Positions 36,882-43,749 of a DNA stretch of 64,000 nt are shown piece after piece; position 1 is the stretch's first letter, and each line of letters begins with the position of its first letter. A model generated the notes under the pieces. That model saw only the letters and a program-made list of their open reading frames with translations, was not told the origin of the DNA and searched no databases. Both the position numbers and the translations under genes were made by a program. Origin of the DNA: Candidatus Binatia bacterium (GTDB lineage: Bacteria; Desulfobacterota; Binatia; UBA12015); the NCBI GenBank assembly GCA_046327915.1, contig JAXLXO010000007.1, forward strand, positions 67,347 through 131,346, given 5' to 3'.

Positions 36882-38449
36882 GACGCGCGCGGGCCGCGGC
36901 GCTGCTGCTGCTCACACTGGTGGGCGGCGTGCTGCGCTTCTCGTCGACCGACTTCGGGCTGCCCGACAAGTACCGGCCCGACGAGGAGTACATGGTGTCG
37001 CGCGCGCTCGGCTTCGACCGCGACTGGAATCCACACTTCACGGTCTATCCGGCTGCGCAGATGTACGTGCAGCACGGCGTGCTCCGCGCGTACGCGCTGC
37101 TGCACGGCTACAAGCGCAACTTTCGCGAGGTCTACGCGACCGACAAGCAGGCGCTGGCCTGGCTGATCGCGCGTCGCACGTCGGCCGCCTTCGGTACCGC
37201 CACGATCCCCGCGACCTATCTCGCCGCCGCGCAGGCGTTCGGGCCGCAGGCGGCCCTCGCCGCCGCGACCATCGTGACGTTCTCGACGATCCACGTGCGC
37301 GAGTCGAAGTACGCGACGACCGACGCCGCGACGACGTTCTGGCTGACCATCGTGCTGTGGCTCGTGCTGCGCGTGATCCGGCTGGGGCGCGTGCGCGACT
37401 CGCTGCTCGCCGGACTCTTCACCGGCTTCGCGATCGCCAACAAGTATCCCGCGGGCGCTGCGATGGTGGCGCTCGGCCTCGCGCACTTCGAGGCACGCTG
37501 GCGCGAGGGACGCTCGCTGTGGCGCACCGTGCGCGACATCCGCCCGTACGTCGCGGTCTACGCGGCGGTGGTCGCGTTCCTCTGCGCGACGCCGTACTTC
37601 GTCCTCGACTGGGACCAGACCGCGAAGGACTTCGCCTACCAGCGCGGATTCGTGCAGAACGGCGTCGGCAACGTCGCGGCGGGCTACGGCTGGTCGTGGC
37701 TCGCGTACAAGGTCCTGCCGCACTCGTTCGGCACGGCGCTCGCGCTGCTGCTGGTCGCGGGGCTGGTGTGGGCGCTGATCCGTCCCGCGCTCGGCACGCT
37801 GCCGATCCTCGCGTTCGTGCTGGTCGCGTTCGCCGGCATGGCCGGCAGCCGCTACTCGTTCTACCGCTACGTCATGGTGCCCCTGCCGGGGCTCGTGCTG
37901 CTCGGCGGACGGCTCGTCGCGAGCGTCGGCGACGGTCTCGCGCGCCGCATGACGGAGCGACGCGCACACGCGGTCGTCGCGGCGGCGCTGCTCGCCCTGC
38001 TCGTGCCGTCGGTGATCCGCGACGTGAAGCTGAACCGCATCCTCGCGCGGCGCGACACGCGCACCATCGCGCGCGAGTGGATCGAGCAGAACCAGCCCGG
38101 GGGCGGTGCGGTCGCGGCGAGCGACCACGGCACGCCGTACGGCAAGCCGCAGCTGCCGCCGAACTACACATGGGTGCCGATCGAGGACGTCGCGACGCTG
38201 CGCGCGAAGGGCGTGCGCTTCGTCGTCGCCGACACCTCGCCGCTGGAGTTCTACTCGCACGGCCCGACGCCGGAGCAGCTCGCCGACCTCGAGAAGAACG
38301 CGAAGCTCGTGCTCGACGAGGATCCGGTCGACCCGGACGGTCCGCCGCCGGTGTTCGACATGGCCGACGCGTTCTACGCACCCCTGCAGCACGCCTCGAG
38401 CATGTCGCGGCCCGGACCGCGCATCCGCATCTGGCGCATCGATCCTTGA
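36878..38449 (+). CDS. Glycosyltransferase family 39 / ArnT-like (PMT_2) GT-C membrane protein.
   Basis: FGLPDKYRPDEEYMVSRALGF... plus 10-12 TM helices and a C-terminal soluble domain. The GTG start overlaps the upstream stop (GTGA). Confidence 0.8.
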   Translation: MRRARAAALLLLTLVGGVLRFSSTDFGLPDKYRPDEEYMVSRALGFDRDWNPHFTVYPAAQMYVQHGVLRAYALLHGYKRNFREVYATDKQALAWLIARRTSAAFGTATIPATYLAAAQAFGPQAALAAATIVTFSTIHVRESKYATTDAATTFWLTIVLWLVLRVIRLGRVRDSLLAGLFTGFAIANKYPAGAAMVALGLAHFEARWREGRSLWRTVRDIRPYVAVYAAVVAFLCATPYFVLDWDQTAKDFAYQRGFVQNGVGNVAAGYGWSWLAYKVLPHSFGTALALLLVAGLVWALIRPALGTLPILAFVLVAFAGMAGSRYSFYRYVMVPLPGLVLLGGRLVASVGDGLARRMTERRAHAVVAAALLALLVPSVIRDVKLNRILARRDTRTIAREWIEQNQPGGGAVAASDHGTPYGKPQLPPNYTWVPIEDVATLRAKGVRFVVADTSPLEFYSHGPTPEQLADLEKNAKLVLDEDPVDPDGPPPVFDMADAFYAPLQHASSMSRPGPRIRIWRIDP

Positions 38450-38499
38450 CGCCGCGGCGAGCCATTGCGTCACGCGCCGCGCAGCGGTAGCGAGCCCGC

Positions 38500-38862
38500 A
38501 TGGCGACGGCGAAGAAGGTCACGGTCTACCACAACCCGGTGTGCGGCAAGTCGCGCGGCGCACTCGAGATCCTCGATCAGCGCGGCATCGACCACGAGGT
38601 GATCGAGTACCTGAAGTCCCCGCTCGATCGCGCGACGCTCGAGCACTTCCTCGATCTCCTGCCCGGCGCACCCGCGGAGCTGCTGCGCAAGGACAAGCGG
38701 TTCAAGGAGCTCGCGCTGAACGAGGCCGACTACCAGACGCGCGCGCAGGTCGTGGACGTCCTGCTGAAGCACCCGGAGCTCATGGAGCGTCCCGTCGTGA
38801 TCCACGATGGCCGGGCGATCATCGCGCGACCGTCCGAGAAGGTGCTCGAGCTGTTCGATTGA
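38500..38862 (+). CDS. ArsC/Spx-family protein (YffB-like, glutaredoxin fold).
   Basis: VTVYHNPVCGKSRGALEIL N-terminal active-site Cys context. 120 aa. Confidence 0.85.
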   Translation: MATAKKVTVYHNPVCGKSRGALEILDQRGIDHEVIEYLKSPLDRATLEHFLDLLPGAPAELLRKDKRFKELALNEADYQTRAQVVDVLLKHPELMERPVVIHDGRAIIARPSEKVLELFD

Positions 38863-40283
38863 AGGATCTTCCGGCACACCCGGCGTCCGAGCCCGACGAG
38901 CACGCGACGTCGTACGCACCCGCCGAGGACGGCTCGCTGCTGCACGGCGGCGCGCTGGTGTTCTTCGACGGTCCGATCGAGCGCCTCGACGTCGTCCGCG
39001 CCGTCGCGCGCGCGGCGCTGGTGCACCCGCAGCTGCGGAACCGCCCGGTGACGGTCCCGCTCGCCGCGGACCTGCTCGCGTGGACGCCGGATGCGACCTT
39101 CCGCGCGAGCCGCCAGGTGCGCGTCGTGGACCTCGACGACGTGCGCGACCGCGCGGCGCTGCAGCGCGCCGTCGCGATGGTGTGGTCGGAGCCGCTGCCG
39201 GCGCAGCGTCCGCCGTGGCAGGTGGTCGCGTTCAGCGACGGGCACGGCGGTCCGACCGTGGTGCTCGTGAAGGCGCACGTCGCACTGGTGCGCGCCTTCG
39301 GCGTCGCCGGCCTCGCGGACGTCCTCCTCGGCACGCCGATCGACGCGACGCCGCCGCCGGCGCCGCTGCGACGCGAGCGGCCCGGTGTCGTTCCGGCGCT
39401 GCTCGATACCGCCGCGTCGCTGGCCGAGGAGGGAGCGCGCCGCTCGCGCGCGCTCGCGGGCGAGGTGCGGGCCATGCTGCGCCCGGGTGTCGCGCTCGAG
39501 CGCACGCGCGAGGTCGGACGCATCCTCGAGTCGGCCGGTACTCTGCTGTCGTCGCCGGCGCCGGAGACGCCGTGGAACGCGGAGCTCGGCGCCGAGCGCC
39601 GCGTCGCGTGGCTCGCGCTGTCTCGTGACGTGATCGCCGGGATCGAGGACATGCTCGGCGGCGACTGGGAGGACGCGTGGCTGACGATCGTCGCCGACGC
39701 GCTCGGACGCTACCTGCGCGACGGCGGGCGCTCGACGATCGGCCTCACGCTGCTCGCCTACGTGCCAGGAGAGGAGCACGGCCACGGCGCCTCGGTGCTG
39801 TCGTCCGCGGCGATCCACGCGACGGCGCGTCTGGTGGCGCTGCCGGTCGACGAGATGTCGCCGGGCGCCCGTCACGCCGAGATCCGCCGCAGCCGCCAGC
39901 ATCCGCTCTCGGCGGCACGCGGCTCCGGTGTCGAGCAGCTCGCGCGCATGTCGCACCGTCTGCCGGGACCGCTGCAATCGCTCCTCGGATCGCTCTGCTA
40001 CCAGGCGGCGAATACCGTCGTGCTCGACGAGGAAGCTCCCGCGCGATGCTTGACGCTCGGGCTTCGGTCCGCGACGAGTCTCGTGCCGCTCGCGATGCTG
40101 CCGTGGCATGTCGGACTCGCGATCGCCGCATGCGTCTCGGCCGATCGCGACCTGATGGTCGGCGTGACCGCAGACGCGGCGCTCGTCCCGTCGGTCGCCG
40201 ACGTGGTGCGTGCCCTGCACGACGCCTACGTCGACACCGCCGCCGCGGCGGGCGTGCCGCCGATCGAGCCGCACGCGCGCTGA
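38859..40283 (+). CDS. Hypothetical protein, faintly WS/DGAT- or condensation-domain-like.
   Basis: 474-aa ORF with high GC3. A possible TTG start overlaps the ArsC stop. The block TVVLVKAHVALVRAFGVAGLADVLLG is reminiscent of an HHxxxDG acyltransferase motif but is not canonical. Confidence 0.4.
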   Translation: MKDLPAHPASEPDEHATSYAPAEDGSLLHGGALVFFDGPIERLDVVRAVARAALVHPQLRNRPVTVPLAADLLAWTPDATFRASRQVRVVDLDDVRDRAALQRAVAMVWSEPLPAQRPPWQVVAFSDGHGGPTVVLVKAHVALVRAFGVAGLADVLLGTPIDATPPPAPLRRERPGVVPALLDTAASLAEEGARRSRALAGEVRAMLRPGVALERTREVGRILESAGTLLSSPAPETPWNAELGAERRVAWLALSRDVIAGIEDMLGGDWEDAWLTIVADALGRYLRDGGRSTIGLTLLAYVPGEEHGHGASVLSSAAIHATARLVALPVDEMSPGARHAEIRRSRQHPLSAARGSGVEQLARMSHRLPGPLQSLLGSLCYQAANTVVLDEEAPARCLTLGLRSATSLVPLAMLPWHVGLAIAACVSADRDLMVGVTADAALVPSVADVVRALHDAYVDTAAAAGVPPIEPHAR

Positions 40284-40307
40284 TCGCGTGAGCGGCGGCG
40301 CGCGACG

Positions 40308-41633
40308 TCAGCGGCGCGCGGTTCCCGCGTCGAGCGTCGCGAGCGCCTCGCCGACGCGCCGACGTCGCGCCTGCAGCCACTCGTCCTCGGGCGACGTGCG
40401 CGCCAGGTACGTCCCGTAGAGCACGCGTGCGAGGGCGCGCGGGCTCTTTCCTGCCGCACCGGCCACCAGCTCGCGCGTGGCCGGCCGGCTGCCGAGCACC
40501 GCGACGACGTCACGCCACGACTCGCGCTGCTGCTCGACGTCGGTGCGCAGCACGACGAGGCTGTCGGCGAGGTCGAGCAGCACGCCGTCGTCGCGCGGCG
40601 CGAGCGCCAGCGCCATGGCGAGCGTCCGCGCGGCACCCGGCTTGCCGGCCTCGAACTCCAGACGACCCAGAAGCCGCCATGTCTCCGGGGCGCAACCGTC
40701 CACCGCGAGCGCGTCGCGCAGGCGTGCCGTTGCGGTGTCGCCGTCGAGCCCGCTGGCGGCGCGCGTCGCCGACTTCGTCAGCGTCCGGACGGTCTCCTGC
40801 TGCCACGTCGCCAGCGTCTGACGGCCGGCCTGCTTCCACGCCTGGTCCAGCGGGGTGCCGAGACAACGGAAGCTGTCGGTCTCCTGCCACTGGCCGTCGG
40901 CGAAGTGCAGCACGCGGCCGCTCGTGCGGGCGCCGCTCGCGGTTGCGTTGCCGCCGAGCGCGTCGACCTGCCACGTCTCGACCAGCTGACCGTCGTGCGT
41001 CTCGAAGCGCGACGTCGGCGTGAGGCGGGGCGCGCAGGCGAACATCGCGCGGCGTCGGCGCAGCCACCAGCCGCACGCCCCGACCAGCGGCTGGCGCGCG
41101 TCGTCGGGCTGCAGCAGCTCCGCGAGCACGACCGGCTCGTCGCGCGACGACGCGTCGAGCAGCAGCACGCGGCCGATGCGCGCCGGCGCCGGCGTGTCCG
41201 ACCCGGCGTCGCCGAAGTCGTGCTCGGCAATCAGCAGACCTTCCGGCGCCGAGACGTCGAAGAGCAGCAGGTGCGGCGCGCCGCTCGGGCCGTCGCGCTT
41301 CGCCGACGCCAGCGCCATCGCCCAGTGCGTGCCGTCGCCGGCCGCGACCAGCTTGCCGAGGTCCGTGCCGGGCGGCAGAGCCTTCGCCGCTCGCGCGCGC
41401 CGCTCGGCGTCGTCGCGCGGCGGGATCGGCGGCGGGCCGGGCGGCGTCTTCGCCGCCGCATCCGCGCTGTCGGCAGTCTGCGTGGCCTGCGTCGCGAGCT
41501 GGCGCTGGATCGCCTCGAACTCGGCCATGCCGAGCTGCTGCTTCTTCGGCGCGCACGCTCCGAGAGCCGCGCACGCGGCGAGAAGCGCGACGATCCGTCC
41601 GGCGCGTCGCGCGGCGCGTACGCTCGTCGTCAC
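40308..41633 (-). CDS. Hypothetical lipoprotein.
   Basis: Lipobox ALLAACAALGAC followed by a Pro-rich linker (PPGPPPIPPRDD). No known domain. Confidence 0.55.
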   Translation of the reverse strand: MTTSVRAARRAGRIVALLAACAALGACAPKKQQLGMAEFEAIQRQLATQATQTADSADAAAKTPPGPPPIPPRDDAERRARAAKALPPGTDLGKLVAAGDGTHWAMALASAKRDGPSGAPHLLLFDVSAPEGLLIAEHDFGDAGSDTPAPARIGRVLLLDASSRDEPVVLAELLQPDDARQPLVGACGWWLRRRRAMFACAPRLTPTSRFETHDGQLVETWQVDALGGNATASGARTSGRVLHFADGQWQETDSFRCLGTPLDQAWKQAGRQTLATWQQETVRTLTKSATRAASGLDGDTATARLRDALAVDGCAPETWRLLGRLEFEAGKPGAARTLAMALALAPRDDGVLLDLADSLVVLRTDVEQQRESWRDVVAVLGSRPATRELVAGAAGKSPRALARVLYGTYLARTSPEDEWLQARRRRVGEALATLDAGTARR

Positions 41634-41691
41634 CGCTCCACAGCTACTCCGCGCCGCGGCTCCTGACCAGCATGCACGTCGCGACGGCGGC

Positions 41692-43668
41692 TCAGGGCTG
41701 CACGGGGATGGTCGCGACGTCCTCGTACGCGAGCGAGTGCATGAAGGCGGTCCACTGCGCGCGCGCCGGCTCGAAGTTGAAGAACGGGAAGTGGCCCTGC
41801 GCGTCGTAGAGCGCGAGCCCGCCGGTCGCCGTCTTCTTTCCCTTCACGAGGTTGCCCGACACCGGCGGCGACAGCGTCGGCAGCCCCGCGAGGTCGAACG
41901 CCTCCTGGTACTGGTAGCCCGGCAGCTCGGGGAACGAGATCGGCGGGAACGTCGGCGCCAGCAGCGGATAGCCCGCACCGACGACCATCGCGGTGACCAT
42001 CGGCGTCGGCACGTAGCCGTCGGCGGTTCCGTGCGTGAACAGGATCGACAGCGGCGCGCCCTTGCGGCGCTTCGCGAACAGCGGCGAGAACACCGCCGGG
42101 TCCGAGACCTCGCTGCCCATCTGCAGCAGGTGCAGCGCGGGGTGGAAGAGATCGACCGGACCGCCGAGCAGGATCTCCACCAGGTCGCGCAGCTTGAGCC
42201 CGGCGTAGAACTCCTGCTCGCGGCTCAGGATGTTGACTAGCAGGTGCCCGCCACCGGCCGAGATCACTCCGCCGAGGACTCCGTGCGCGACGCCGAGGAA
42301 GAGCGGTCCCGTGGTCGCTCCCTGCGAGTGGCCGACGTACATGACGCGCTTGCGGTCGAAGCGGATCGTCTTCGACGTCGTCGTGAAGCCTGCACCGGGG
42401 ACGGCGGACGCGAGCAGGTCCGGGTCGAGCGTCAAGCGCCGCACGAGCTCGTGCACGGCGAGCGAGTCGGTCGCCGCCTGCAGCGGGTTGTCGCGCAGCG
42501 CGTCCGGATTCAGCGGGTTGTAGAAGTTGGTGCCGTCGGCGGTCGCGCCGGGCCGAAGCCCGTGCAGCGGCTGGTCGATGCCGATACCCGCGATGCCCTG
42601 AGCCGCGAGGCGCCCCGCCGTGCCGTCGTTCACGAAGCTGTTCCGGCTGCCGCCGGTGCCGTGCATGTAGGGCGCGATCGGCCAACCCTTCTTCGGCAGC
42701 GGCAGCGTGCCGTCGTCGCGCTCCTTGGGCACGGTCAGGACGAAGCTCAGCACGTCGTGACGCTGCACGAGCGGGCGTCCCTTGCCGTCGAACTGGTAGA
42801 TGCCGGAGCCGGCGGCGGAGAACGGCGGCGTGCCGGTCTGGAACTGCGGCGCGAGAAACGTTCCCGTGAAGGTCCAGTAGGCGCCCGTCGAGCGCGCCGC
42901 GTCGAGCGCAAGATTCGTCGCCTCCGGACGCACCTTCGCGCGGACGAAGCGCTCGACCGACTGCATCGGCGCCGTCGGGTCGCCGGTGCGGAACACCGTG
43001 GCTCCGACCACGTGCTCGCGCGACAGCCCCTCCTCGCGCTCGAGCTGCTTCCACAGCTTCTCGAAGAGAGGCAGCGCTGCCGCCTCGAACGACGTCGTCG
43101 CGGCCCCCGCCCGCATCTGCTCGACGAACGGCGAGGCCGTGACCGGAGCCGCGTCTGCGCCGTGCAGGTCGTCGGTGACCACCAGCGCGTAGAGCGTGTC
43201 GGGCTCGAGCGGCAGCCCCGGGACCGGCATCGCCGCGAGCAGGTGATCGTCACGCCACGCGTCGCCCGTGTCGCGAAACTCGATCCACAGCGGCGTGCGT
43301 GTCCCGCGCGCCTTCGAGCGCGGGTCGATGTCGATCAGGAAGAGGCTCGAGCCGGGCGCCGCGCTGGCGGCGGGGTCTGCGGGCAGCGTCGCGGGATCGA
43401 TCGCGCCGTCGAACTTGAGGAACACGCCGGACGCGAGCCCGAAGCCGCGCGTCCGCTCCAGGGCGACGCGATACGACTGCACCAGCGCGTTCGCCGGAAA
43501 CGGAAAGCTCGCGAGCGACACGCTGCCGTCGCCGTCGCGACGCAGCTCCATGGGGAACGGCACGTCGTAGAACGAGGCTCCCTCCGGGTCGAAGATCTGC
43601 TGCACCGCGGGCGCAGGCGTCGCGGCGAGGACGAGCAGAAGGAGGGCGAGCGGGGCGCGGAGCGGCAT
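41692..43668 (-). CDS. Secreted alpha/beta-hydrolase (lipase/esterase-like) with a long N-terminal domain.
   Basis: Signal peptide MPLRAPLALLLLVLAATPAPA. Nucleophile elbow VGHSQGATTG about 430 aa in. GGAGG RBS upstream. Confidence 0.7.
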   Translation of the reverse strand: MPLRAPLALLLLVLAATPAPAVQQIFDPEGASFYDVPFPMELRRDGDGSVSLASFPFPANALVQSYRVALERTRGFGLASGVFLKFDGAIDPATLPADPAASAAPGSSLFLIDIDPRSKARGTRTPLWIEFRDTGDAWRDDHLLAAMPVPGLPLEPDTLYALVVTDDLHGADAAPVTASPFVEQMRAGAATTSFEAAALPLFEKLWKQLEREEGLSREHVVGATVFRTGDPTAPMQSVERFVRAKVRPEATNLALDAARSTGAYWTFTGTFLAPQFQTGTPPFSAAGSGIYQFDGKGRPLVQRHDVLSFVLTVPKERDDGTLPLPKKGWPIAPYMHGTGGSRNSFVNDGTAGRLAAQGIAGIGIDQPLHGLRPGATADGTNFYNPLNPDALRDNPLQAATDSLAVHELVRRLTLDPDLLASAVPGAGFTTTSKTIRFDRKRVMYVGHSQGATTGPLFLGVAHGVLGGVISAGGGHLLVNILSREQEFYAGLKLRDLVEILLGGPVDLFHPALHLLQMGSEVSDPAVFSPLFAKRRKGAPLSILFTHGTADGYVPTPMVTAMVVGAGYPLLAPTFPPISFPELPGYQYQEAFDLAGLPTLSPPVSGNLVKGKKTATGGLALYDAQGHFPFFNFEPARAQWTAFMHSLAYEDVATIPVQP

Positions 43669-43724
43669 GGGAACCTCCGTGTTTCCGGAACCGGATCCGG
43701 ACCGCCCTGCTATCAGGCATGCGC

Positions 43725-43740
43725 GGGGTCGCGCGACCCC
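43725..43740. repeat. Perfect 16-nt GC palindrome GGGGTCGCGCGACCCC between the FecR-like gene and the hydrolase gene. A second palindrome CCGGATCCGG lies about 30 nt further on.
   Basis: Read directly from the 81-nt intergenic region. There is no U-tract on either strand. Confidence 0.35.
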
Positions 43741-43749
43741 TCGTTCGCG

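Noticed and set aside
38859-40283. Calling the 474-aa ORF a WS/DGAT acyltransferase.
   Set aside because: Only one weak motif-like block is present and the canonical HHxxxDG is absent. It is left as hypothetical.
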